Of a stretch of DNA of 64,000 bases, positions 34,483-47,100 are shown piece after piece. The first letter of the stretch is position 1. Every line of letters starts with the position of its first letter. The stretch covers positions 20,659,298-20,723,297 of the forward strand of contig MU057357.1 of assembly GCA_013239625.1 (NCBI GenBank), written 5' to 3'. The stretch comes from Lama guanicoe (Eukaryota). The translations under genes and the position numbers were made by a program. The notes under the pieces are model-generated. The model worked only from the letters and a program-made list of their open reading frames with translations. It was not told where the DNA came from and searched no databases.

Positions 34483-37229
34483 CCAGCTGACGTTCCCTGG
34501 ATTGCTGCTGTTATCTGGGAGGATGATTTGGAAAGGGATTGACCCCTGTTGACCTATCACCTTCCTTTTCTCTGGCTGGCAAGCTACAGCCTCATTAGCA
34601 TACAGCCCTTGAAGCAGCCACAGAGCCAGATTCCAAACCGGCAGTCCACTGGCCTGTGGGAATTGAGAATCTTTAGCTCTGGAGAATATTCTAAGAAACT
34701 CTGGACCCCAACTGCAGGTCACCAAAAACAGCTTGAGGGGGATGGGAAGATGGCTATTAGCTGTATCTTCTCTTCTAACTCCCTTGACTTTAAAAGCATA
34801 AATTCACATAGTGTGTTTTCTCATTTCTTCAAATATACAGGGAAAACGTTTAAGGAACCAGTATGGTGTCCTCCGAATAGCTTTTGTTGCTCAAATTTTC
34901 TACACGGCAATCATTTCGGGGGAGGGGAGCACTGGCAGGGAAGGGGAAGAGGGTCTTATACCTAAAGCGGAGTTTGTCTTCCAAAGCAGAGCAGAACTCG
35001 AGCCCAGGGGTCTCCCTCTGATTCAGAATATGGAATCCACGTCCTGTGAGCTCTCCTTCCTCCAGCGGCTCCCCTGGAGCATCCCCACACAGTGCCCCAC
35101 CTTTGTCATAAGCAACACTCTAGGAGTAGCATGAAGGCCCTGGCTCTTTGAGCCCCCAGGGGATGTTTTTAATATTGAAAACCAGCATTTTGGCTGAAGG
35201 AAAGCAGATCTCTGACCTGAAACTGTGTTGTTGTGACTGTTTTCTGCCTGGAAAAACTGTGCTTCTGCTCCACGGCCTGGTCAGGTGCTTTGTTGGGGAG
35301 CTCGTCCCCGTGGGCTCCCCGCCTTCCTTTCCCCTCGCGGGTGAGCTGCAGCCTTGTTAGAGACTGGGCCTCACGGTGGAGCCAAATCGAAGGCAGAGCC
35401 GAGGATACCCTTTGGGGAGGAACGTGGAGCCCATCCCCGCACACTTTGTTGTTTCTCGCGCGTTCTTCTGAGCCCACATGAAGATCCAACGGCGGGATGG
35501 TTGCCAGGCAGCAGATACCCTTGGTGACCTGAATAATGAGTCGACACTAGTTCACTGTGACTGGCAAGCTGGCCATTTCCAGGAGCTGTTCTCAGTGCCT
35601 TGCTTTCTCTTTCTCTCTGTTTCTATGCATAATTTTCAATATGGTCACAAAGAGAGAGGAGGAGAGAGGGAGGGAGGGAGCTTTCTCAGCCACAGTAATG
35701 AAATTATTAAAAGATAGTAGTTTGGGAATAAAGAAACACAGTAGGGGTAATGAAGGAGACAGTGTAGAAAGGGATCCTGGGGTTCTGGGATCCTTGCCAC
35801 CTCAGGAGCTGTGGATGTGGCTGCCCAGGTGACACATGCTTGTCACAGCGTCTCCAACGCCGTGGCACTGCTGATGGCCCGAGAGGCACCAACGAACACT
35901 GCACCTCAGCAGAAGGGGGCCCCTTAAACTAGAGGAACCAGTGACTGAGAGCCAGGAAGGTGGGCAGGCTCTAAAAGCTTTTCCAAGTAAAATGCTCTCA
36001 TTTTCCTAGCACTTCTGAGGAGACATCAAAAGGTCTGACTCACCCCTCAGCTATTCCCCAAATCAAAGAGAGGAGCTCTGGTGTTCAGGCTGCAGGAGTC
36101 GGGGAATACTGACTCAGAAATAGGGGTCGTCACCTCAGTTCAGTCTTTTCATCAAGAGCACTTAGGGAGCACCTTCGCGGTGCATACCCTGAGGTAGAAA
36201 CCAGGCTGAGAGCGAATCCTTCTGCTTGAGGAGTTCGGGGGTCTCATGAGGGAGGCATGAAAGTATAAATGAGCCTTGTCTACATCTTGGGCAGAGAAAC
36301 ACCCACAGAGTGGGACCACTGGTGCACAGAGAGGGTTCCTTACCTGGGATATCCCGTGGATAGAGAGGATGCATCTTTCTGGCCACCACCACTTGCTGTA
36401 AGCAGCTAGGGAGGAATTTTTCATAGGTTAAGCATACATCATTTTTCAGAAGTAAAGATCATGTCCAGTTTTGGCAAGCTCAAAAGCTCCTGGTCCCATC
36501 CTGGGCCAGATTCTCCTCTGATGTACATCATTGGGAGAATCAAGTTGTAGCACTGTTTTGCATCAAGTGGGACTCCAGCCAGTCTTCCCCTAGAGTTACC
36601 CTGGGCTTTAGTCGACTACATCATCTCCATGGCAACCAGAGGCTGGCCAGTGCATGTAGTTGCCTTCCCAATCCTCCGCTAACTTCTCTTCCCTCCGCTG
36701 TCTTTTCCGTGATTAGAATGATCTCCCTCCCTTTACTCTCACTTACTCACTCTCGCTGTCACATACCTACTGTCATTTTGTGCCCGCATTTTTTGCTTGC
36801 AACATTCTTCCAATCAGCTTTTTTAATCTTCCATTGAATTAAAAAAAAAATGAAGCTGCGTTAGTCATGGCTTGACAGTGGTAACTGACCTGTTTAAACA
36901 AGACCAGGCTGATTTCAATGGGCATGGAAGCCTTGGCAAACCAGAGTGGAATTCACCTTCAAGTCTAGCCAGCCCAATTAATTAATACATTGTTTGAGAA
37001 TGCTGGCTAGCCAGGCCAAATACTGTATTTCCACCCATTCAGAGAATCAGTCCTATGGAATCCCAGAAGTCACGTCAGCATCACTTACCTGCATGTATTC
37101 GTGTGTGTGTGTGATATGTGTGAATCATAATGCTTCTATATGTCATAGAGTAATTATTGTTTAACAGAAAGAAGTTTTGTAATCATGCAGCTCTTGATTG
37201 AATATAATACTTACTGTTTACTTGCTGAA

Positions 37230-37362
37230 TAACTACTGTTCATTTAACCTCTCGGAACCTCTATTTCCTTATCTGTAAAATGGGTCTGTACCGTACCTAC
37301 CTCTCATAAGGTTGTAAGTAGGAAATAATGTCGATCACTGAAAAGTGCTTGGAACACACTAA
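37230..37362 (+). mobile_element. MIR fragment
   Basis: catttaacctctcggaacctctatttccttatctgtaaaatggg...tacctacctctcataaggttgt...aaagtgcttggaaca. Confidence 0.7.
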
Positions 37363-37405
37363 ATACGCAGTACCATCTTATTCCGTGTGCCCTTCCCTAT
37401 CCACT

Positions 37406-37765
37406 NNNNNNNNNNNNNNNNNNNNNNNNNNNNNNNNNNNNNNNNNNNNNNNNNNNNNNNNNNNNNNNNNNNNNNNNNNNNNNNNNNNNNNNNNNNNNNN
37501 NNNNNNNNNNNNNNNNNNNNNNNNNNNNNNNNNNNNNNNNNNNNNNNNNNNNNNNNNNNNNNNNNNNNNNNNNNNNNNNNNNNNNNNNNNNNNNNNNNNN
37601 NNNNNNNNNNNNNNNNNNNNNNNNNNNNNNNNNNNNNNNNNNNNNNNNNNNNNNNNNNNNNNNNNNNNNNNNNNNNNNNNNNNNNNNNNNNNNNNNNNNN
37701 NNNNNNNNNNNNNNNNNNNNNNNNNNNNNNNNNNNNNNNNNNNNNNNNNNNNNNNNNNNNNNNNN
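37406..37765. other. Assembly gap (360 N)
   Basis: Run of N. Confidence 0.99.
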
Positions 37766-37783
37766 CGCAGCTCACACTGCTGA
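37766..37783 (+). CDS. NRP2: Visible 3' end of NRP2b alternative terminal exon (RSSHC*); remainder lies within the N-gap 37406-37765
   Basis: CGC AGC TCA CAC TGC TGA directly after the gap matches the recalled NRP2b C-terminus (...DRGSHC*). It sits between exon 15 and exon 16a, as expected. Confidence 0.85.
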   Translation, partial: RSSHC

Positions 37784-37947
37784 GGGCCGAAGCAAGAACA
37801 GCACCCAAAACAAACAAGAAAGACTGCAGACACGTTGCCTCGATTTTGCACTTTTTTCTCCTCGCCTAGTCTCTGTGTGAACTCTCAGACACCTCTCTCG
37901 GGGCCCAAACCCTGTGCGCTCTTATCCATCCCGACCATTCTCCTTGG

Positions 37948-37983
<36 letters not shown>

Positions 37984-39047
37984 CCCAACTCTAATGCTGC
38001 ATCTTGGAATATGAGAAGAGATACTCCCCTAAGCACTTCACAACTCAAGGTTCAGCTGGTTTCCTTCCAGAGACTGGTTCCCTGTTTCTTCCCCTTGCCT
38101 TATCCCATCCCTCCTCTCGATGGGCAGTCCGCCAGGAGACTTGAGGGGAAACCCGGTCTGTGTGTTTGTACATAGTAGACATTTGCGTGTGTGAATCTCT
38201 CTGTGTGTGCGTGGATGTGAGAGAGAGACTGGCTCACTGAGGTTGGGGGGAGTGTGTGGGTGTGTTCAGAGAGGGCCCCCTTTAACTCTTGTGTTGCTTC
38301 TCCGGGGGGGTACATGTTCCAGAAAATAATATACTGTACTAGTTTTGTTTACTTGGAGAAGAGATTGAAGCTTTTTGTTGCCTTATCTAGCTCTGGCTGG
38401 CTTTCTGTTGGCTACCATTGTCATCCCCAGGTACCTAAAAACTCGAGGCCACGTGAAAGGAAACGTGGCTCTCCCATCCCTATCCCCATGCCCAGCCCGC
38501 CTGACCCAAGAGAAGGGTTCCCCCAGTGCACTCAGACACGACCCCTTGTCATGTCTCTGGCATCTTTGAAGTAACAAGGTAACAGCCATTGGGTGCAGGC
38601 GGGACTCCTCTCCTTCCAGCCCTGAAGCAAAGCTGTCTCATGTGGCCTTATAAAGAGAAGCTCATAATGAATGTTTAGCTTTTATCGGTTAAGTCCAATC
38701 TTAGAAGAAGTCATAGAGAAAAACAGATCTGAGACTGATGTAGGAACAGCAGTAGCCTGTTAAGTTGGGAGCAGGAGGAGGTGGAGGAGAACAGGACTGA
38801 AACGTTGTCTTTAAAAAAATCTCCTCTCCCCGGGCGTTCTTTGTGCCCTGCTTGGGATGGGGTTGAGTATGAAGGTTAAAAAAACATCTTCTTTGGTATT
38901 ATATTGGTCATTGTAATAGCATTTGTAAAATATGGGGGAAAAGGGATCATTTGCTTTCTTTTCATGGTGTTAATGTGTGCCCGAATCTATAGCCACTAAA
39001 ATATAAGGCTGTTCACCTGACTTCTTTGAATATTATGAGAAAATAAA
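37784..39047 (+). other. NRP2: Probable NRP2b 3' UTR (end uncertain; first canonical AATAAA noticed at 39042-39047)
   Basis: Follows the NRP2b stop codon and contains U-rich and UG-rich stretches. The true cleavage site cannot be determined from sequence. Confidence 0.45.
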
Positions 39048-42000
39048 AAGTTACCATATTTTTAAGTGTACCAATGTGCTACCCCTTAGAGCATTCATGG
39101 CATCTGGCAAATACCCCCTCATAGGCTGGCCTGGCATTTCCAGATGTTGCTGCATGGTCAGGAGAAGGTATAATGAAGATAAATCCGTTGCTGCCCATTT
39201 GTCCTCTCTAAGCAACGCAGGGAGAGGGATGTTAGAGATAAATTGCCTAATGGTACTGTATGAAGGATGGATTCAATAATGAAGTCAATTTCATTAGAAA
39301 ATGCATGTTTTAACGAGATTCTCAGTGTCCTGGGGCTCAGCCTTGTGGGTGCTTACTTCTCACCTCCTGCTAGGAATCCACTGGGGAAGTATAAGATTCT
39401 TTCCAAAGATGGTTGCCTGGGCCGAAAGCCTCCAGGTACCTTCTGAGAACAAAATACTAATGATTTTTTTGGGCTGCTTGGGAGTGAGAGACTTTCAGCA
39501 TTCTTTCGGTATATCCACATAGGTCTCTCCAACGCACACACACTCACTTTTGCATCTGGTTTGTTTCATCCTCCTGAAAGAACGGTGCTCTCCCACTCTT
39601 ATTCTATTTCAAAGAGCTACTCTGTCTCAACCACAGCAGCCCTGCCAAGAAAAAAGATGAAAGGCTAGAGCATGAGCTACCTTGAGATTTCAAGAAATGT
39701 CTTACCCCAGCTGAAGATGGGGAAGGAAAGATGGGGAAAGGGAGGAGGGGTGGCAGGATACCGTGGATGCCTTGTGATGACTTCCCTGCCAGTCACTAAG
39801 GCTTTTTATCTCAGGTATCCATATCCAGTCGTGCGTTTGGTGCCAGGCATTCCCTTGAAATGACTGACATCCCGATAGGTGCCCCACGGATGCGTGGTGT
39901 CAGGAAATCTCAGCTAGAAAATCCAGCCAGTGTAGCAACTGAGTTATCATATACCCTTGGGGATTTCCCTTCTTTGAAAGAAGAGGACAAGAACTTTGTG
40001 AATTTGCTGTATCTTTATCTGATGCCCCATGTGGCATCATCTTTATGTACATGCTGTCGTTGAGAAGATGAGATTGCTCGAATCTTTGTGAATCCCATGA
40101 TGCAGTTCAGCTAGGGATGTCACGCTTCTCTTTCTCTGTGTGTGTGTGTGTCTCTCTCTTGACCCCAGCAATTCTCATAGTATTATCCAGGTACTATGCT
40201 AAAAGGGCAGCTCTTCTATAAAATGTCATGCCTTGCAGCTTTAAAAAGCAAAATTCTGTACTTCCTGGAGGGAGAAGAAAAATAGACTGGACAGGTGAAT
40301 GCATGCATGCATGTGTTTAGAATTGCTTCTCAGAAGACAAAGGGGTGGTAGCAACTATTAAAATATAAATGAATGAATGAATTGAAGGTCTAGCTCAGGC
40401 CGGTAAAATTTTTGCCTTAGTGGAGCTTTCATGTTAACAGCTCCAGGTGGGAAACCCTTACCTTTAGGGTAAAAATCCCTTCTGCGATATTACGCTAATA
40501 ATTGCTATTCCCTCATTGCCAGTGAAGGCAGAAAAAGAAAAAGAAAAAAGAACTGTAGCATTGCCATTGACAAAATGAAATGCTGAAAATAAAGTAAAAT
40601 TGTCTTTTCCCTTGTCCTACATGTTTGGGATTAAAGCCAGAAGAGGATAGGAAATCCAGTAATATTGCTGAGGTTGATATCCAGTGTTTAAAAAGACCCT
40701 GTCTTTACAAGGAAACTAGCAGGCAAGTAAACACCTAAATAGTCAAAAATTACCAAAGAACAACAAGAAAACGTAAAGATTTTTACTTCCTATTCTTAAC
40801 CCCTCGCCCTATAACTGTGACATCTCTTGCATCGCTCAGTTGCCTGTGTGTCAAAATAACTTGTGGACGTTGGAAACTCTTTGAAAATGTATTGTGTGGA
40901 ATGTAATAAAATGATGATATTTTTATACAAACATCTGGGATTTTTTTTTTCACCTTTGCTTGTGAGAACAAAGTTGAAATGTAGGCTTTGAACGAACTGA
41001 TGTTTCCCAAGTTTACACATCGCCCTGTGAGCCACAGGGCGTGTCTGTGGGAGGCAGGTGGGTTTTCTCCCTGCGGCTGAATGCCAGCTTTTCCTTCTTT
41101 TATTTTTATGACTGCTTGTTAGGAGTTTTATCCAATTTGTGCAGCTGAGCCAACTTTTATGATTGGTGTGGGATTTTGCAAAAGTTGCTAAGTGCTAAAT
41201 TGCTCCATGTGATTCCACAAAATTTCGCTTGATGGCAAATCCCCGGAGATTGGACTCTACTTTCAAAGGGCCCCTTGGGGAGTGGGAGCAGCGAAGCTGA
41301 GTCATGTCCTCAGCGCTGCGGAGACAGCTTCCTTTCAAGAAGTGGCGACATCTTACCCCTTGCCTACAAAATTATTACCTCCATGGGGACGTTGAGCTCC
41401 AATTTATGAGCAGTTTCCCAGACAAAACGGGAACTTGTAGCATGTTCAAGGCTCGAAGAGATTCCAGACTTCATTTCTGGAGCAAATAATGAAGATAATT
41501 ACATGATTCCTGCAAACCTGGAAATATCATGGTGGAACATTTTATAAAAAGAACATTCTATTAAAAACTTTGAGGAGAGGAACTTGGGAAATTTTACTCA
41601 AAAAACCAGATCTTGTTGACAAGTATTTTTCTTTTGCTTCTCTTTCTTGGGTAGTTAGTAATATAGTTATAAAAAATATTTCTATCAGAGGAGGATTGGG
41701 GGCAAAAAAAATTTCAGAAAGACAGCCTCTTAGCTGTTCAGTGTTTCTAGATGGTGCTCAGAAAGAGGTTGTGGAAGGATTTTCCACCACCCCCTATTCA
41801 TGGGGTACATTAGAAGCATCCCATCGACCCAGGAGCCTTCCTCAGCGTCTAAGAACCATCCTTAAAGGTCCACGTCCAGGAGACCCTATTTCTGCCAGAG
41901 TCCTGCTTTTCTTCCTCACTAGAGGATTCGGGAAGGAGTGCTTTTTGCAGCTATAAAACCCGCTCAAGTGATGCTCAAGGAAACAGGCTTCTGGGTTTGT

Positions 42001-43614
42001 AGGTCTTACAGAAAGCTCTGTCAGTCCAGAAGGCTCAGCATAGATGTCACTACCTGTCCTCGGCAGGAGAATAGAGCAGAATGTCCACGATTAGAGCACT
42101 GTTTGTTCCTCTCATGACCAGGGCCATTACCCATTTTGTCTACATAGCACTTGGTTATACTTAAAGCCATTTGTTCCCATTAGTAAAGGATGAAATGAAA
42201 GAATCTCAGAAGCATGTATTTCAAGCAAAGAGCCAGGCTCAGTCAACATTTTCATGAACTGGCCTGGGGCCAAATATGCCAGAGTGAATTCAATTAGCCA
42301 TCACTTGCGCTCCATTAGCATTACTGGTTTTGGAGCCACCTTTGAGAATTTCATCACTGCCTTTCCTGCCTTGCTTCTAATCCCGAGGCTAATTCTACAG
42401 GTTCTCTCTCGTCCCCCAAAGAGCAGGACTCTAATCTTAGGCAACAAAAACAGCACTGTTATCAGTATGGTATTTCAGACCTAACCCAAGCATAAATGGT
42501 ACATAAACTGTATTTCCATGGATCATAAACACCAGATGTCAAGGCCCAGTATGGCCTGTCTTGGCGCCTACCTGGCACTTTGTGACGGTTTAAATGTGGG
42601 TTCTTGCAGCTGAAGGGAGATCTGCCCTCCTAGCGCAGACCCCTGCAGCCCGGCCAGTCAGCTGTGGCCCACTGTTGGTTCTCATCACCTCTCTTCGCTG
42701 ACTCTGCAGTTGTTTTGCACAAACGTTGTGGCCTTTCTGTAATCTTTGATGAACAGAGCTTCATTTTTAAGTTTTAATTTGTCTGGGTTGTGGGCTCCAC
42801 GTCTGAGCCAAACTGCAGATCTGGAGGCGCGGCTTGTTTTCTCTCTTTGATTGTGCGCATCACTGGGGCTCCCGCAGCTGTAATTTGCCTTTCATCCACT
42901 TCGGTGATGGCCCAAAGAAAGCACAAAACAAATCCAGCCAGAGGAAAAGGAGGGGCAAGGGGAACACCAGCTGATGGTCTTATAATCAGCAGGGGAAAGA
43001 TCGCCTTATATAAATAAATTAAAAGCTAGGAATAGTGTAGGATTTAATTAAGCCTGACATAGATCAAGTGCACTGGAGTTTGTCTAGAGGTTAGGTATAA
43101 TCAGAAACCTGTGCCCTTAGAAGGCGTCAGGCCACAGGCCTCAGAGATCGTTTGCACTAACTGTGTGGCATTCTGTTGGGCCCCTAACTTGAGCACAGAA
43201 GAGCTACAAGAATCCAGGAATTCCCCCAAATTTCCCCCTTTCAGCATGGTTTCTGCATGGCACAATGCAGAATCTCAGTGCTTCAGGGCAAACAGCAGAC
43301 ACCATTCTTGCCCCAAGCCTAGAAGGCAGGAGACCCAGAATTCTTCTCCTCTCCCATGTAAAGTAATTGTTCTTGAGCTTTGCTGTCACTGACCTCCAAA
43401 CTCCCAATAAAAGCTAAAGTCCCACGGGCATTGGACCAAAAAATAGGAAAGGCCATTGAGAGTCAGCCGCAGATGTGCTGGAGATAGGACTGGGGCTAAG
43501 TGGGGAAAACGCCGATGCTTAGAGGCTCGTGACCAGAGTGGTTATCGATGCTGAAGAAGGTCACTGGGGGAAATTTTAGGATGATAACTGGTTAGGTTTC
43601 TTCTCTCTCTCTCT

Positions 43615-44175
43615 CTCTTTTTTTTTTCTTTTTAACTTACAAGTTATACATGACTACATCCTCAAAAAGTACAAATAATTTTTTTAAGAAACAGAAGTCC
43701 ATGTCGTTGTTAACCAGTCCCACTCTCCTCGCCAGAGGCAACCATGAGAAATTGTTCAAGGTATATATTTGCAGGCCTTGGTTTATACCTGGAGTTCTCT
43801 GTATATATGGTCATGTCTAATGAGGTAGTTCGGTTTAGTTGGAGTTTGGTTTGGTTTTGTGTAAATGGTATCAGCATTTGCTCACTTTGCTGGATAACTT
43901 GCTTCTTTTCACTTGACAAAGGCTCAAGGATACTTTGGTGCACACTGACAGGGTACCCCATCCTTTTTGGCTATTGCCTAGCATTCCGTACTGTGTTGAC
44001 GTACCATAGTTTATTAACTGCTCCCCTACTGGTGGGCATTCAGGTTGTGTCTAGTTTTTCTGACTATGATAAACAATACTGCAGTGAACATCCTTGAGGT
44101 TGCCTCTTTGTGCACGTTTCTCTAGGATAGACTATCTGGGTCAAAGGGTGTGCCTGTTTTGTCGTTAATAGATGC
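43615..44175 (-). mobile_element. Old LINE1 3' fragment (L1ME-like)
   Basis: T-tail, then ccagaggcaacca...aaatggtatca...cttgcttcttttcactt...gtaccatagtttatt...tgggcattcaggttg...aaacaatactgcagtgaacatcctt...tgggtcaaaggg. Confidence 0.7.
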
Positions 44176-47100
44176 TTAAAATGGCTGAGGTTTACCTTTT
44201 AAAGTGAACCTGTCTCCATTTGCGAGGGTAACAAACTAGTGGACTTCCTGCATTGTATCGCCTGCCACGTGCACAAGACACATCTCTGTGACTCTTTCTC
44301 TAAAGCAGGTGGAGTGCTTGCAAAAGAAGACTTTGGGCGATTTTAGCTGAAGGGAATTTTAATCACAGGGCCTTTTTTTCAATGCCAATTTGTGGAGAAT
44401 GCAGGCCGGATCGTAAGTGGCAGCTCACTGGAGCTGGGGCAGCCGTGGCTCGGGAGTGAATTCTGTCCCTGGGTTTCACAGGCAGAGCCCTGTTCTCCAT
44501 GATTAATGAGTTCCACTTGGTTTCTTCAAAGAGTGACTGCTGTGCCTTGCTGTTATTTATTTATGTCTTCTACTAAAAAATTCATGTAAAAAACATCCTT
44601 TAAGGTCAGTGCACAGTATTGTGCTGCAGACTAAAATATTCCAGCAGCCACAAGTAGGCCCACGTGCCAACAGAAAGTCTTCAATGGTTGGGGCCTTGAG
44701 CCCGAGGTCCCCATGATGGCCCTGCAAGGAGCAGTCCTGCCTGGTTGAAAGGAGGCATCCAGCTTCCTTCCAAAGGGGGTTTGGGGCTAATGTGACCCGA
44801 GGAAAGGTACTAGGAGATGAGGTGGTTTTCCAAGGGGCAGTTTCAGTGTGCAGGCAGAGCTGCTAGCCCCAAGTGGCTCTAGCAAGGCATGGCAAGTGGA
44901 AGAGAAGCCAAAGGACCCATTTGTTCAAACACCATTTCTCCCCTGATTTCTGCTGTGTGTTGTGACCGTGGGGTCATGTCATAGTAATGTGACTTTGACT
45001 CTGAGCACGGTGGATGGGGCGGACGGCCATATATGGGCTTTGCAAGCTTTCTCTGACCTGCCAAAGATCCAGGCCTGCCGCCTCTGGGGCATGAGGCTTG
45101 GGTTTCACTCTTGATGGCTCAGGGAAAACAAACAGCAGGAGAGTGAGGTGTAGGTGAACTAGAGTTATGTCAGCACACACACACAGAAGCTTTGTTTAGT
45201 CTTCTATGTGTAATTGTGCAAAACTGAACCCTTGAAATATCATTAACTGACATACCTGAAGGCAAAGGCTCTGGTGGAGAATGGGCGTGGGGGTATTCGC
45301 GTCTTGGCTTTCCACCACAGCAGGTCCTTTCTCAGGCAGCAGGACTCATCAGCTGGAGGCTGGCCTGGAGTTCTCTGTAACTTGCTAGAGAGCGGCCCAC
45401 CCCAGGAATGAAGGGGTGCGGACAAAGGCCTGAGCCCGAGGTGGACTTGACCGAAGTCCCATCGTCAGTCGGCCTGCTGGGGGCTCATTTTAGCACAGTC
45501 TGTTCAGTACCTTTCCTTCCCTCTGCATCTCTCTTCTGCCACCAAGGAGCAGGGAGACGGGGCACAAAGACCCTGGGGGCCTGCGCAGCCTTCAGCATTG
45601 CTTCTCCAGGGCAGCTCCGCCAGCTGCTGCTGGGGTGGGAAGGCAGTCCGTGGGGCCTAGGCGGGGCCCGGTGTGGGTTGTCAGAGGAGCCCCGAGATGC
45701 CTCTTCAGCCTCAGCTACAGACCAAGGGTGTGAGCTCAGTAACGCCATCCACAGGAAGCCCCGGCCCTTTGGCGCCGCCATCTCTTTCTGGCTCTGAACT
45801 CCTGATAGGGTCACCGCCCCTCTTCTTCCCTACGGAGGACCTGCTCCACCTGTCCGCCTTTGTGTCAGGTGTCGTTCATCTTCAGCCTCCGCCCTCCCCT
45901 TCCAGTGCCTTCCCCCCTCTCTCAGTGGCCCCCTTTCTTCTCCTCTGGCATCCTTACCCCTTCTCTGCCTCCCTCCACCAAGGCCCCCCGCCAGGAAAGT
46001 GTGTCAGATTCCCGACACAAAGGCTTAATTGCTTACTTCCTGCAAGTAGTTGCATTTTTACAAGAGACCAAACCTAAATTCGGAGGAATTATTCTCCTAT
46101 GTTTATAACCACCATTCTCTGTCACCAGCAAGCTTAGGGGGGAAATCATCTCTTGAATGAGCAGAGTTTCCTTTTTGGAACCCCTAAGATCTTATTATAA
46201 GATTGTGGATCCTTGTCTTCAGAAGAGCCCAGCTTTTAAGTACAGCAAACTCTCTTGGTGAGATATATGTGTATAGAGAGGGTTTTTTTCCCCCCAAAAC
46301 CAACAAAACAGAGGGCAATCTTTAAGAAGATACTGTTTTTCACAGTTAGTGGCTGCAGGTTTGTTTCTTCTCTTCCATCCTTTGACTTGTTCTACCAAAC
46401 CTCTCCATCTGAGTGGTGTTTCTTGAACCTTGGGACTGGACGAGAGGAGAAATGTTAAAGCTTATAGAAGAACTCCTTGAAATGTGAAGATAGAAGACTT
46501 TTCCTAACATCTCAAGAAAAAAATTTGAATGCAATGAGGGAGGGGGACACTTTTTTCCTGAAATTTTCTGTCTTTTTCCCACCTTCATACCCTAACAGTA
46601 GGTAGCCAACAAAAGAAGAGTCTATTTCTTGTATAACATATATAGCCTATAACATAGCCACTTATAGTAGTGGGGAATAGCTCTGATTTTTCAAAGACGT
46701 AGAGCAAAGGAGAGATTCCAGAATTTTCCCCCATTAGCATTGCTGGGTTCTTCCAGCCTACACAATCATGCAGCCTGTGTTTACAGCTAAACATGTCTCT
46801 GGCTGCATTTTTCTTGTTTTCATGCCATTGTGGGGGCTCCGTGGAGCCGTTCTGGCCTCAGCTGCTCCTCCGCCTCCACACTTAGAAGTATTATTAGGTC
46901 ATTTCACAGCCTTTTTGTTGCAGTTGGTATTTCCAATCCCTTTCAGTGTTTCCTCGTGATTATTCAACTAAAAGTAATAGAAAATCACGTTCAAACTCTT
47001 CTGCTATCACAAATCCAAGCCCCCTTTTCTTTTCCAGCTGGAAACCATTTGAAAACGCCAGAATATTTTTTTCTATGACTTTGCATAGATTTGGCTAAAG

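Noticed and set aside
37328-37869. Long ORFs spanning N runs (also at 58032-58273 and 62728-63024)
   Set aside because: Artefacts of translating gaps. Only the terminal RSSHC* is meaningful.
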